Positions 18,860-28,288 are shown, counted from the stretch's first letter. The stretch: 64,000 bases of DNA from a virus (IMGVR_UViG_3300010234_000009:292-64291), one strand, 5' to 3'. Program-made: numbers and translations. The notes: a model not told the origin generated them from the letters alone.

Positions 18860-21198
18860 GCCGTTACAGCCTCCTCGGCGGCACGATTTTCGTTATGCTC
18901 GGCGAGCCACTTGCGATACTCGCCGACGCTGACAACCCACACGGCAGTCTCGTCAATGATTTGCACCAGGTCTTGAGGGAACACTTTATGCACTGCCTTC
19001 TTGACCTCAGGCGTCGTGTAGTCGTGCCCAGTCATAAATCCGTCGTCGCGGATGTGAGGCAACCAGGCGAGCACCTGCCTGATAACTTCATCGGTTCGGT
19101 GGTCCGCATCGAGATAGACCATGTCCACCTCGAGAGACTGTTTGAACTTCATTGCGACCTCGCAGGCATCGCCCTTGGTCACCATTACGCGAGTGCCGAG
19201 GAAGTCCTTCCCGATGTTCTCCTTGAACCGCTCGAAAACATCTTCGCCCCCGTTCTCGAGGCGATTGATCACGTCGGCGGTTTGGTCGGGACTGCCTAGC
19301 CAGTGGTCTACGCAGTGGACGCAACCACCACCATCCAGCATCCCCTCGAGTAGCGCCAGCGTGGAAGCACCGACCCACGATCCGACCTCCACAACCTTGA
19401 CCGGGTACGGCCGCATCCCTTGCAGGTAGCGAGTCCATTCCTTGAGGGCTTTCAAGTCTTGCTCTGGAGTTTCGATTCCCAGTTGCCGAACCTTGCGTCC
19501 GCAGATTGTCGAATGAACGCCGCCCACGTAGTCGGTGTTGCTGACCACGTCCTCCATCGGAGTCTTGTCCACCTGCGGATTCGCGTCCTTCTTGGAGTAA
19601 ACCCAATAGCCTCGGTTGAACGTCATCACGTGACCAAGAGTTGAGTCCACAGCACGTTGCACACCTTCAAACGCTGGGTGACCGTAATCGTGCCCGATAA
19701 GGTAACCGTCGTCCTTGACGATGGGCAGCCACGCCTCGATGTCACCACGAACGCTCTCCTCGTCGTGGTCGCCATCAATGAAGACGATGTCCGGCCGTTG
19801 CCGAGGGTGGAATCCCTTAGCTGCCTCCAATGAAGGGGCACGTAGCAACGTAATCTCGGGGTACTTCGCGGTGTTGTTTATGAACGCATCGAACAGTCCA
19901 TTGTGAGGGGCGTCGTACACGACATTGCCATTTGGATCAACGCAGCGGTCATACAGCGGATCGATGCACAAGACGTTGCACAGACCGGTTTGCACCATCG
20001 CCTTCGCGGACTCACCGTTCCAGCTTCCGACCTCCACGACATCCATCGGAGTTTCGCGGTCTACCGCCAGTTGTTGAACAATCGTCCGCAGCACAACCAG
20101 GTCTTCCGTTGAAGACATCGCGATCTTGGAGACGTCCGTGGTCCCCTTATGCGATTCGGTGTAGGTGTGTTTGCCAGCGGTCGGCTTGCCGACTAGAGGC
20201 TTGTCCTTCGCCCCCACCGGCGCCTTGCCGTTCGCGGGGAACGAGTTGCCGGCAGGCTCGTTTTGCGTGAAGTCCACATAGCGAGTCTCGTCGTCTTGGG
20301 CCGGGCCGACCGCAGCCTGCCCTAGCTCAGCGGCGACATAGTCCGCGGCGATCCGCTGCGGCTTGCCCACGCACTTGGGTTTCATATGACCAGCCCATGA
20401 ATCGAAGTTCATCCAGAGGCAGTCACCGTATCCCTTGGCGTGTCCAGCGAGGGAGATGTCACGCGAGGCGGTAACATCCTCAGTGCTCGCCTTGGACTCA
20501 CAGAAGACGTCTTCATACTCGTAGTAGAAGTACCCTTGCCGCTTGAGTTTCTGCAGCGCACCGGCCTTGTCCAGCTTGCCCGACATCAGTTCGTCGATCA
20601 CCCGGCGGGTGTCGTACAGTTCGGGAAGGTCAAAGCAATCGGTTGTCCACAGGGTCAATCCCGTGGGCACTGCGGCCACTGGGTGTATCCCCTTCATCAT
20701 GGCAGCGTGCATACGCTCGTACTGGGCGATCCGGAAGATGTCGTCCGGGGACTCGGTTTGGTTGTTCGTCCAGTAGAAGGCGTACGGGTTTTCTTCCCCG
20801 CTGCCCAACTCATTGGGCGGGGGACCGCAGTAAGGCGCGGCGATGCCCGTGGGCAAGCCCTTCACCTTGCGGTCGTAGACGAACTCGAAAGACGAATCCC
20901 AAAACGGTTTCGCCTCATGGTCGCCCCCGACGCGGGTGTCGGGCTTGTTGTCTGAGTCGATCATCAGGATCAGGTCGCAGTTGCGCCGGCGAGCTTCTTG
21001 CACCGCCTTGTTTCGACCCATCGTGATTGGGGTATCAGCGATGATGCACGTCTCGATTCGCCCGATCCTCGGGTCGAGGTGCATCTTGATCTTGGTGTCT
21101 GCCCACCATTCAACGATTTCGGGCAGCGTGGAGGCTACTCCGCCGTTGCCGCCGTAAGCATACTGAACAAACAGAATGTCAAGTGCCATCGGACTCAT
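18856..21198 (-). CDS. Fusion of a GT-A glycosyltransferase-like domain and two tandem class I SAM methyltransferase (Methyltransf_24-like) domains
   Basis: N-terminal ILMIDSD (DxD-like). Two repeats of VVEVGSWxG...D...DIVFIDGDH/DMVYLDADH...GYLIGHDY/GFMTGHDY. Confidence 0.8.
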   Translation of the reverse strand: MSPMALDILFVQYAYGGNGGVASTLPEIVEWWADTKIKMHLDPRIGRIETCIIADTPITMGRNKAVQEARRRNCDLILMIDSDNKPDTRVGGDHEAKPFWDSSFEFVYDRKVKGLPTGIAAPYCGPPPNELGSGEENPYAFYWTNNQTESPDDIFRIAQYERMHAAMMKGIHPVAAVPTGLTLWTTDCFDLPELYDTRRVIDELMSGKLDKAGALQKLKRQGYFYYEYEDVFCESKASTEDVTASRDISLAGHAKGYGDCLWMNFDSWAGHMKPKCVGKPQRIAADYVAAELGQAAVGPAQDDETRYVDFTQNEPAGNSFPANGKAPVGAKDKPLVGKPTAGKHTYTESHKGTTDVSKIAMSSTEDLVVLRTIVQQLAVDRETPMDVVEVGSWNGESAKAMVQTGLCNVLCIDPLYDRCVDPNGNVVYDAPHNGLFDAFINNTAKYPEITLLRAPSLEAAKGFHPRQRPDIVFIDGDHDEESVRGDIEAWLPIVKDDGYLIGHDYGHPAFEGVQRAVDSTLGHVMTFNRGYWVYSKKDANPQVDKTPMEDVVSNTDYVGGVHSTICGRKVRQLGIETPEQDLKALKEWTRYLQGMRPYPVKVVEVGSWVGASTLALLEGMLDGGGCVHCVDHWLGSPDQTADVINRLENGGEDVFERFKENIGKDFLGTRVMVTKGDACEVAMKFKQSLEVDMVYLDADHRTDEVIRQVLAWLPHIRDDGFMTGHDYTTPEVKKAVHKVFPQDLVQIIDETAVWVVSVGEYRKWLAEHNENRAAEEAVTA

Positions 21199-21712
21199 TT
21201 GCGTTCACCTTCGTAGTTAAGGACTCGGACTCGGATAGGTACGCCAGTGCTCTTTTCACCCCCTCGATGTTGTCGCCGAGAAACCCAAGCGCTGTGTTGC
21301 AACCTTTGCATAACACTCCTCGCACTTTCCCTGTTTCGTGGCAATGGTCGATGTGGGGCTTTTTGTTTGTCCCCGGTATAAGTTCACCCTCACAGATCGC
21401 ACAAGCGTAGTTCTGTTTTGCAAGGATGCCGAGGTATTCTTCGTGAGTGATCCCGTAGAGAGTTTCAATCCTCCAACGCTTGATGTAGTTGGATTGTCGC
21501 AGCTTCGCCTTGATGGTTTTCTCGTATTTGTGGTAATACTCTTTTCGCTTCTTGCGATAGTGCTCGGGGTTATTCTCCTTCTGCCTTCTCTTGGCCTCGC
21601 GGCCGCAATCCTTGCACTTTGTGTTGAATCCATCCTTGGTGTTGCGAGACTTCCAGAATTCACTGTGGGGTTTCTCTTGAAAACACTTGGTGCACAACTT
21701 ACGATCTGACAT
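21179..21712 (-). CDS. Recombination endonuclease VII-family (His-Me finger) nuclease
   Basis: QNYACAIC...PHIDHCHETGKVRGVLCKGCNTALG signature; N-terminal CxxC...CxxC. Confidence 0.9.
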   Translation of the reverse strand: MSDRKLCTKCFQEKPHSEFWKSRNTKDGFNTKCKDCGREAKRRQKENNPEHYRKKRKEYYHKYEKTIKAKLRQSNYIKRWRIETLYGITHEEYLGILAKQNYACAICEGELIPGTNKKPHIDHCHETGKVRGVLCKGCNTALGFLGDNIEGVKRALAYLSESESLTTKVNANESDGT

Positions 21713-21787
21713 CGTTGTCTCCTACTTGGTCTAGGGGATGACGCAAGCGCCCGGTCGTTCACGCGAGCCGGGCGCTACTTTTCTTCG

Positions 21788-21925
21788 CTACTTCGTTTTC
21801 GCCTTCTTGGCGTTCTTCGTGGAACCACCACCGCGATCTGTGCCGAGGGTCGAACCCTTCTGCACGTTACGGACCTTCCCAGTAGGCAACTTCCCGCTGC
21901 CTTTGTTGCCCTTATAGCCTTTCAT
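21788..21925 (-). CDS. Small Lys/Gly-rich basic peptide (45 aa)
   Basis: Manual translation MKGYKGNKGSGKLPTGKVRNVQKGSTLGTDRGGGSTKNAKKAKTK, with a strong SD (AAGGAGAAACGACC) upstream. Confidence 0.6.
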   Translation of the reverse strand: MKGYKGNKGSGKLPTGKVRNVQKGSTLGTDRGGGSTKNAKKAKTK

Positions 21926-21950
21926 GGTCGTTTCTCCTTGGGGTGTTATA

Positions 21951-21990
21951 AAAAAACGCCGCCCGCTGGCGAACCACGCGAACGGCGCTC
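21951..21990 (-). terminator. Rho-independent terminator after the capsid-associated gene
   Basis: Minus strand GCGCCGTTCGC...GCGGGCGGCGT (with G-U pairs) followed by a T run. Confidence 0.6.
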
Positions 21991-22033
21991 CGAGTCCTCA
22001 CCAACGCCCATGCGGGCGCAACGCGAGGTGTAC

Positions 22034-22666
22034 CTAGTTGCCGGCGATGTTGACGTCCACGGTGACGTCAGCATTTGTCTGCGCCGTGGTCTTCGCAGAC
22101 AACGCGCGGCCGATGCGGTTGTAAAGTTGCTGCAGCGCGCTGGTCGTACCCGTGGTCGCAGCGAAGGCGATTACCCGGCCAGCAGTCGTTGCTTGGCTCG
22201 TTGCAGCGGTCAGAGCGTAGAGGATGTCACCCTCTGAGATGACGTTCTCAGCGTTACCCGCCAACGACGTCTTCACATTGACTTGTCCCTTGCGGACCAG
22301 CCAGAAGATGTCATCGTCGCGAACGCCAGCGGCTTTGAGATACGGGTCAACAATACCCGCTGCCTCGCCGGCCGTGACGGTTACATAACCGTCCACCGAC
22401 TTGAACCGGGAACCAGCGGTCCACGACACAGCGTAACCGGGCAGCAAGTTGATGCCCGATTCGTTGCGGACCATCATGCACTCAATGGTGCCTTGAGTGT
22501 CGCGGTCATCGGCCGACATGCGACCGCTACCGCGATTCTCGACCGCGAACTCGTGGGTTGCACCGAGGATTCCTAAGGATTCCCCTTGGTCCGCTACGGC
22601 AGGAACACTTGCGCCTTCATGCCGAGTCGTCCCCAACCCGAATAGTGGATTTGTAAAGGTTGTCAT
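22034..22666 (-). CDS. Putative capsid decoration/cement protein
   Basis: 210 aa directly downstream of the major capsid gene; small beta-rich Ala/Gly/Thr protein. Confidence 0.5.
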   Translation of the reverse strand: MTTFTNPLFGLGTTRHEGASVPAVADQGESLGILGATHEFAVENRGSGRMSADDRDTQGTIECMMVRNESGINLLPGYAVSWTAGSRFKSVDGYVTVTAGEAAGIVDPYLKAAGVRDDDIFWLVRKGQVNVKTSLAGNAENVISEGDILYALTAATSQATTAGRVIAFAATTGTTSALQQLYNRIGRALSAKTTAQTNADVTVDVNIAGN

Positions 22667-22727
22667 TTGTGACTCTCCGAGAGATTACGAAAACAGTAAA
22701 CAACTCTCCCCTAATGGGACGGGACGA

Positions 22728-23837
22728 TTAGGTGGCGTACGATTTCAGCTTGGCGAAGAACTTGGGCTGCCACCGCATGTTGCCCATGAAGCCGACAAAG
22801 AACAGCCACGCATCGACGCGCGGATCATGTTCTGGACCGAACGAGTACCAAAGGTCTTCGGTCAAGGTCGCCAATTCCAGGTGATCAATGTTCATCACAT
22901 AGCCGAGGCCAGCGGGAACATCGAAGTCCTGATCAACCGACATGCCTTCAAAGTTGAGGCTGTTCGGGAACCCGAGGGTTTCACTTTCCTTGTGGGGGAC
23001 GTTGATGCGGAAGTCCGCCTCGTAGGCGTTCTTCAAGCCGACCATCAAGTCACCCGAGAGCAACGCCAGGTCAGGCACGCCATCGGCGCCACCGGTCAGC
23101 CGCAACCAGGTGTGCGTTTGACGCAGCACTCGGATGCAGTTCGCTTCCCACGTGTCGGCACCACTTCCATCCCAGTCGAAGCCGTAGTTCATCAGCTTCG
23201 GCGAGAGGTAGTCGTACCGGGCGTCACCGGAGCCGTTGGGCCAGTCCGTCGCCAAGCCGGCGTTCGGTGCTGTGCCATCGGCCGACCAACTGCCACCTTC
23301 ATCGGCGACTGCGGTGTTCTTGCCACCGTAGGTATCGCTCGGGGCGGCAACCTTCTCCGTGCCCAGCGTACCACCGTCGTCACCGAGGAAAGATTCGATT
23401 CCGTGAATCTTGTTCTCGTTGCCTGCGGCGTAACCGTCGATGAACAGTTCAGCGCAGAAGTGGTCGCGAAGCGACTGGGTCAGTTGGGGAAGGATTCGCT
23501 TGTAGCGATTGACAATGGCGACATCGCCCTTGTTCTTTTCCTTCTCGATTCGCGTCATCAGGTCCGTTGCCTTGTAACCTCGCCAATCGATTGTGAGGTG
23601 ACGCAACAGGTCGTGTCGGGCGTAGTTGATCACTTCACCGTCGATGTGATCAGATACGGGTGGCTGGTCGAACTGCACTGCCCACGTGCAGGTGTTACCA
23701 CCCTCGTTGTGCTTGACACGTCCTCGATTGAGGATCATGGAAAGAAGCAACCGCCCCCTCATCGTGAGGTCAGCGGCACCTTTCACATACTTCGGCGCGG
23801 TGCTGTGAATTAGTCCCGCCCAGGCATCAGTAGCCAT
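22728..23837 (-). CDS. Major capsid protein
   Basis: 369 aa, downstream of the scaffold-like gene and upstream of the packaging genes. Size and features (LTQSLRDHFCAELFIDG, FEGMSVDQD) fit an HK97-fold capsid; assignment is partly positional. Confidence 0.75.
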   Translation of the reverse strand: MATDAWAGLIHSTAPKYVKGAADLTMRGRLLLSMILNRGRVKHNEGGNTCTWAVQFDQPPVSDHIDGEVINYARHDLLRHLTIDWRGYKATDLMTRIEKEKNKGDVAIVNRYKRILPQLTQSLRDHFCAELFIDGYAAGNENKIHGIESFLGDDGGTLGTEKVAAPSDTYGGKNTAVADEGGSWSADGTAPNAGLATDWPNGSGDARYDYLSPKLMNYGFDWDGSGADTWEANCIRVLRQTHTWLRLTGGADGVPDLALLSGDLMVGLKNAYEADFRINVPHKESETLGFPNSLNFEGMSVDQDFDVPAGLGYVMNIDHLELATLTEDLWYSFGPEHDPRVDAWLFFVGFMGNMRWQPKFFAKLKSYAT

Positions 23838-23867
23838 AGTCGTGCTCCGTAAAAGTTACTTGGCTCT

Positions 23868-25361
23868 CTACGATCCGAGGTGAGCGTTCAACTCGGACTC
23901 CCACATCGCATCAAGGTCGCCTTGATTGCGAACAACAACAGGTGCTCCAACTGCGGCCGGCATTACGCTGCCCTGCGTTTGGAACGCTGCGTGTGCGTTA
24001 CCCAGGAACGAGCCGATGCGATTTGCACTGGCCTGCTCTGGACTCGGTTGCTGCGGTAAAGGACTCGGGTTGTAAACGGTCGGCAAACCGTTCACTGGCG
24101 GAACTGCTTCGTTGGCTGCTACCGGATAAGCCGGTGCGTTGGCAGGGGTAACCGGATAGGCCGGCTGCTGTGCGGCCGGTGCCGGCAACTGCTGCGCTGC
24201 CTGCTGCGCCTGCATCGCTTGTCGCTGCTGCATCTGCTGGAGTTGCAACTGGGCGAAGTCGCCTCGCAGTTGATCCAGTGCGGTGAACAGCAGTTGTTTC
24301 GGTTCGGTGATCCCGTTGTTCCGCAGCCAATCGATCCGTTGGCGGAACTGCTGGCCCATCGGGCTGTAGACCGGCTCGCCCGTTTGGTGCGCTATAACCG
24401 GTTCCCCGTTTTGCCCCTTCTCGTACAGCCAGCCGGCATTGTTCTTCTGGAATTCCCGCACGGTGTTGCGGTCTTCCACCTCTCGCAGCTTGGCCTCGAC
24501 ACGCTCCTCGACACGCTTGTCAACCTGCGTCTCGATTCCCTGCCAGGTCTTTTTGATCGGGTTGGAAAGGAAGTCGCGGGTCTTCGTGCGAAGGAACTGG
24601 TGGTACTTGTTGACCCCATCAACCCAGGCGTATGGCACCGAGGGGTTGATTGGCCGGTACGTTTCGCTTTCCTGATCGAACTCGACGTACTGTTCCCAGT
24701 TCGGATCGTATTCCGGCGCGCCCCATGCCTCATCGAGAGGGTCGCTCTCAGGTGTGGCGGGCGCTTGCGGTTGTGCCGCAGGAGGCTGTTGTTGGTACTG
24801 CTGGAGTTGCTGCGCTTGCTGCATCCCCATATGAGCGTATTGTTCCAACTGCGGACGTTCGCGAGCGATTTGCGCTAGGTGAGCAAGTGCTTGCTGATCG
24901 TCTGCAAACTGCGTTGTGTCCACCCCCTCACGAGCCAGCGCTTCGCGTACTCCACCCAGGAACGTACCTTGATCCGGCGCACCAGCGGGGGATGGTTGCG
25001 ACGGAGTTTCAGGCGTCGGGTTGTAATCCCAGCTACCGGGCGTTGTCGGTACGGTTGGCGGGGACGCCGGCGTCTGCGGTGTTACCGGTTGGTGAACAGG
25101 TTGCGGCTGGGTCGCGGGGGGGGTGATTTGTCCAGTCTGCGGCTGCCATCCTCCAGCGTCGATTGTCTGCGGAGTCGCTGGTGCCATCTGAGGTGCGGCC
25201 GGGATGACCGACGGTTGCGGTTGAGCGGGTGCTGTCTGTTGCACTGGCTGCGCAGGCTGAGGCGCACCGTTACCGTTGCCGTTGACTTGCGGATTGTAAG
25301 GGGGGAGGGACTGGGTCATTTTTTGTCTCTGCGGAATTGGGGAGGACTCGGTGTGTCGCAA
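23868..25361 (-). CDS. Capsid scaffolding protein (Pro/Gln-rich)
   Basis: Low-complexity P/Q-rich ends with a helical core, directly upstream of the capsid gene. The true start may be ATG 25319. Confidence 0.6.
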   Translation of the reverse strand: MRHTESSPIPQRQKMTQSLPPYNPQVNGNGNGAPQPAQPVQQTAPAQPQPSVIPAAPQMAPATPQTIDAGGWQPQTGQITPPATQPQPVHQPVTPQTPASPPTVPTTPGSWDYNPTPETPSQPSPAGAPDQGTFLGGVREALAREGVDTTQFADDQQALAHLAQIARERPQLEQYAHMGMQQAQQLQQYQQQPPAAQPQAPATPESDPLDEAWGAPEYDPNWEQYVEFDQESETYRPINPSVPYAWVDGVNKYHQFLRTKTRDFLSNPIKKTWQGIETQVDKRVEERVEAKLREVEDRNTVREFQKNNAGWLYEKGQNGEPVIAHQTGEPVYSPMGQQFRQRIDWLRNNGITEPKQLLFTALDQLRGDFAQLQLQQMQQRQAMQAQQAAQQLPAPAAQQPAYPVTPANAPAYPVAANEAVPPVNGLPTVYNPSPLPQQPSPEQASANRIGSFLGNAHAAFQTQGSVMPAAVGAPVVVRNQGDLDAMWESELNAHLGS

Positions 25362-25387
25362 AGATCATTCGCAAAGTAGGGGGGGTG

Positions 25388-25406
25388 TTGTCAATGAACT
25401 TGACAA
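25388..25406. promoter_or_regulatory. Inverted repeat made of back-to-back TTGACA (-35) elements at the divergence between late and rightward genes
   Basis: TTGTCAA-tgaac-TTGACAA is a perfect 7-bp inverted repeat. Confidence 0.55.
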
Positions 25407-25479
25407 GCAGTGGTGGTGTTTGACATAGTTTGCTACTGAATGGCGTTCCGAGTCCTGCCTTTCACCCCACAAAGCGGCC

Positions 25480-25728
25480 GTGAACACCTTGAGCATTGAT
25501 CCGAACCTCGAAACGACTTATCCGCTAAGAATCTTGGCGACGGTCCTATCCGTGAACACGGGCAGAACCTTCTCGGCGAGCACCTTAATCCGGTACGTCA
25601 ACAAAGGGATCAAGCGAAAGAGAGATGGCGTCTACATCAAGTTAGAAACCATCCAAGGTGCGAGCGGCCGTGAATCATCCCGGGAAGCATACTTCCGGAT
25701 GATTCATGAGTTGAACGCGAGTGAGTGA
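25480..25728 (+). CDS. DUF1580-like helix-turn-helix protein
   Basis: STLIRYVNKGI...IKLETIQ...RESSREAYFR resembles the DUF1580 pattern (STLxRWxxKG...KLETxxxGGRRxTSREA), a family common in Planctomycetota. Confidence 0.6.
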   Translation: MNTLSIDPNLETTYPLRILATVLSVNTGRTFSASTLIRYVNKGIKRKRDGVYIKLETIQGASGRESSREAYFRMIHELNASE

Positions 25729-25806
25729 TCCTCTATGTGCTGCCAAGAAACACGAACGGGCACCCCGTTAAGGGATGCCCGCTGTGTCCAATTGAAAAGC
25801 GCCGTC

Positions 25807-25935
25807 TTATTTCTTGGCGGTCTTCTTCTGCGGTATCGCAGGTTTCTTAGCCGGCTCGTTCTTCGCTTCCAGCTTGTCGAGTCGAGCCTTGATCTTGTCC
25901 AGTTCAGTGCGAACCGGCTTAGCAATCCCAGACAC
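25807..25935 (-). CDS. Small basic coiled-coil peptide (42 aa)
   Basis: GTG start after GAGGGGGTGA SD; VSGIAKPVRTELDKIKARLDKLEAKNEPAKKPAIPQKKTAKK. Confidence 0.45.
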   Translation of the reverse strand: MSGIAKPVRTELDKIKARLDKLEAKNEPAKKPAIPQKKTAKK

Positions 25936-25969
25936 TAGATCACCCCCTCTCTTTTGTTGGAGTATCCAA

Positions 25970-26248
25970 ATGGCAACACCCGAACAGTCTGACAACAAAC
26001 CGCTCGAACTGTCAAGCGATGAGCTATTGGCCGAGCTAGAGGCGACTATCGCCTTTATGACCCTCGCCACCGTCAAGGCGTACGCCAAGGCGGAAGACAG
26101 TAAGCACGGCCGGATCACCTGCCCAATCTGCCTTACGGGGACGCTGCAGTACAGCGTTGCCCCCAACGGTCACGTTGGCGTGTCGTGCAACCGAACGTGG
26201 ACCGATGATAAGGGCGAGACTCGCCACTGCATCATGGCAATGGAGTAG
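25970..26248 (+). CDS. Hypothetical protein with CPxC Zn-ribbon-like motif
   Basis: ATG after TTGGAG SD; ITCPICLTG...SC...HC. Confidence 0.6.
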   Translation: MATPEQSDNKPLELSSDELLAELEATIAFMTLATVKAYAKAEDSKHGRITCPICLTGTLQYSVAPNGHVGVSCNRTWTDDKGETRHCIMAME

Positions 26249-26266
26249 CGAGAAATCGAGGAAACG

Positions 26267-26620
26267 ATGAAAGACGAAGACGTTAAATCACTCGCTATGG
26301 CACTCGAGAGCTACGGTGCGGTCCCTCCCGAGCACTTCCCCTTTCCGCCCGAGTCGATTGAGGACATCGCGATATGGGGCGACTGGTGGGAAGACCAAGG
26401 CGAACCGATTCACGCAGAGGCTTGCCGGCGGGTGTACGTTGCAACGGTTTCACCCGACAAGGCGAGCGATGAACAACACAGTCACCTGCGACAGTTGAAA
26501 GTTGACCAGCAAAACATGATCGACGAGATGCTTGACGAAGCACTCGCCCAGCACGAGCGAACAACCACCCCCAAGGGGATTATTGGATACATGAGCGGCG
26601 CGGTAACTAAATCCAGCTAG
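26267..26620 (+). CDS. Hypothetical protein with TIGR02996-like motif
   Basis: AIWGDWWEDQGEPIHAEACRR resembles RLVYADWLEExGxxxRAEFIR. Confidence 0.55.
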   Translation: MKDEDVKSLAMALESYGAVPPEHFPFPPESIEDIAIWGDWWEDQGEPIHAEACRRVYVATVSPDKASDEQHSHLRQLKVDQQNMIDEMLDEALAQHERTTTPKGIIGYMSGAVTKSS

Positions 26621-26640
26621 TATGGAGAAAGCGAGCAAAA

Positions 26641-26874
26641 ATGAGCGAAACAACCGACAAACTGGCCGAGGAAATTGTAAGGCGAATCGCTCCTGGCACG
26701 TCAATGAATCATGCAGATGCGGTGTGGACGAGAGGACTCATCAAGGCCGAACTCGCCGTTGTGGATGAGTTGGTGGAGGCGTTGCAGGATCAACGCGAAA
26801 GATACCCCGATTTTTTGACCAGCAGAATTGTTAAGGCACTAGCCAAGTTCGACGCGATTGGAGAAACCAAATGA
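26641..26874 (+). CDS. Hypothetical protein
   Basis: 77-aa ORF in a tightly coupled run of small genes. Confidence 0.55.
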   Translation: MSETTDKLAEEIVRRIAPGTSMNHADAVWTRGLIKAELAVVDELVEALQDQRERYPDFLTSRIVKALAKFDAIGETK

Positions 26875-27089
26875 GCAAGCCAGAAGGACTGGACGAACTA
26901 ATTGCCGCCTTGCAAATCTTTCGCAAGTACGGAAACCCCGCTTACCCAACGCATTGCGAACATGACGTGATGATGATTTGCGGTATCGAACCTGACGACG
27001 TTTCGGATGCCGACAAGGCGGCGTTGGACGACATGGGGTTCTTAGTCTGCGGTGACGGTTTTCATAGTTATCGTTTTGGCAGTGCATGA
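26871..27089 (+). CDS. Hypothetical protein
   Basis: 72 aa, ATGA overlap with the upstream gene; YPTHCEHD motif. Confidence 0.6.
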   Translation: MSKPEGLDELIAALQIFRKYGNPAYPTHCEHDVMMICGIEPDDVSDADKAALDDMGFLVCGDGFHSYRFGSA

Positions 27090-27125
27090 GATTTCAAGGA
27101 ACAAGGCACTACAAAGGTTAACCAA

Positions 27126-27311
27126 ATGACCCACAACCCCCGCGAAGTGATCGACCATTTTCGGCGCGCCTGCCTTCAATGCGGTGCTGTTGACTTGCCG
27201 GAAACACCGCTGGCCGACGTTGCCGAAGAACTGCTTGCCGAACGTGACCGCCTCGCCGAACGGGTGAAGGAGTTGGAGCGGCAAATTTCTTGTCGAGAGG
27301 ATCGGATATAA
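27126..27311 (+). CDS. Hypothetical protein
   Basis: 61 aa, CLQC motif plus a coiled-coil. Confidence 0.5.
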   Translation: MTHNPREVIDHFRRACLQCGAVDLPETPLADVAEELLAERDRLAERVKELERQISCREDRI

Positions 27312-27596
27312 ATGACCCACAACCTCGAGCGAATGGAGTGTATCGCAATGTTTAGCAAATGGCGTATCACCTTGATGATCCGGTTGATGCAGTGGTACGT
27401 GAAATCCTATGGCGCCACGCCGGCCGACCTCTACTCACTGGTGGACCTGCACACCAACCAGGCCGGTACGGTTGCGACCTACCGCAGCCTTTCCAGCAAG
27501 GTCAGCCTCATGAACCGGGCAGTGGACATTACCGGCGATCAGGACAAGCTGGATGAAATGTTCATCGAAAGGCTCACCGAGGAAGCAGATGAGTGA
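27312..27596 (+). CDS. Hypothetical protein
   Basis: 94-aa ORF abutting both neighbours. Confidence 0.5.
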   Translation: MTHNLERMECIAMFSKWRITLMIRLMQWYVKSYGATPADLYSLVDLHTNQAGTVATYRSLSSKVSLMNRAVDITGDQDKLDEMFIERLTEEADE

Positions 27597-27921
27597 GAAA
27601 GAGAACGAGTGGCCCTCTGGCAACGGACCCGTGGAGTACGACTACCTCACCCCGCTGTTTACAGAGATGGTGGAAAAACAGATGCGGCGGGCAAAGGAAG
27701 ACGCTATTCGCAACCGGAAGATCATCAACCTGCTGATCCCGCCCTGCCCCCCAGGCTTCCCCCAGGAAGAATTGAAGGGCGACGGCCTGCTGATCGCGGC
27801 CGATATGTGGGAGGAGAACGGGGGACTCGAGGAGGCGGAGCGTTGCCGGAAAGTACACAGTTGGCGAGTGAAACCAATCAAGTGGAAAGTCGATTTTGGA
27901 AAGGGAGAATCAGATGAGTGA
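27589..27921 (+). CDS. Hypothetical protein with TIGR02996-like motif
   Basis: LLIAADMWEENGGLEEAERCR; start overlaps the upstream gene end. Confidence 0.55.
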   Translation: MSEKENEWPSGNGPVEYDYLTPLFTEMVEKQMRRAKEDAIRNRKIINLLIPPCPPGFPQEELKGDGLLIAADMWEENGGLEEAERCRKVHSWRVKPIKWKVDFGKGESDE

Positions 27922-28288
27922 TCATGGCGAACCGTGGAAGATCGAGAAATGCAAGGCGGGCGATTACGAATTCCCCGTGGTCGTTGGTTCTCACGGTGGG
28001 ATCATATCCAGCCGATACGGTCCCCACCAGCGGAGAATGGCAGCTTGTGTCAACGCACTGGAGGGCATCCCCACTGAGGTACTGGAGAACCTGAAAGACG
28101 CCGAACATGGCGAACCGTGGGTGCTGACAGCAATATCAGGCAAGGAGCACCCTCTTTGGTGCATTGGGCCAGCGGACAATCCAGGCTTGATCATCGTGAA
28201 GAACACCCCTTCCAGCGAGACGATGAATCGCATCGTTGCTTGCATCAACGCACTGCAAGGGGTACCCACTAGGATTCTGGAACCATGA
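27914..28288 (+). CDS. Hypothetical protein built from a tandem duplicated ~60-aa domain
   Basis: HGEPW...ACVNALEGIPTEVLE followed by HGEPW...ACINALQGVPTRILE. Confidence 0.65.
   Translation: MSDHGEPWKIEKCKAGDYEFPVVVGSHGGIISSRYGPHQRRMAACVNALEGIPTEVLENLKDAEHGEPWVLTAISGKEHPLWCIGPADNPGLIIVKNTPSSETMNRIVACINALQGVPTRILEP

Noticed and set aside
169-25379. Long plus-strand ORFs opposite the structural operon (for example 1753..2565, 7620..8681, 14249..15232, 22497..23813)
   Set aside because: Antisense shadows of high-GC coding genes, with no motifs and no SD.
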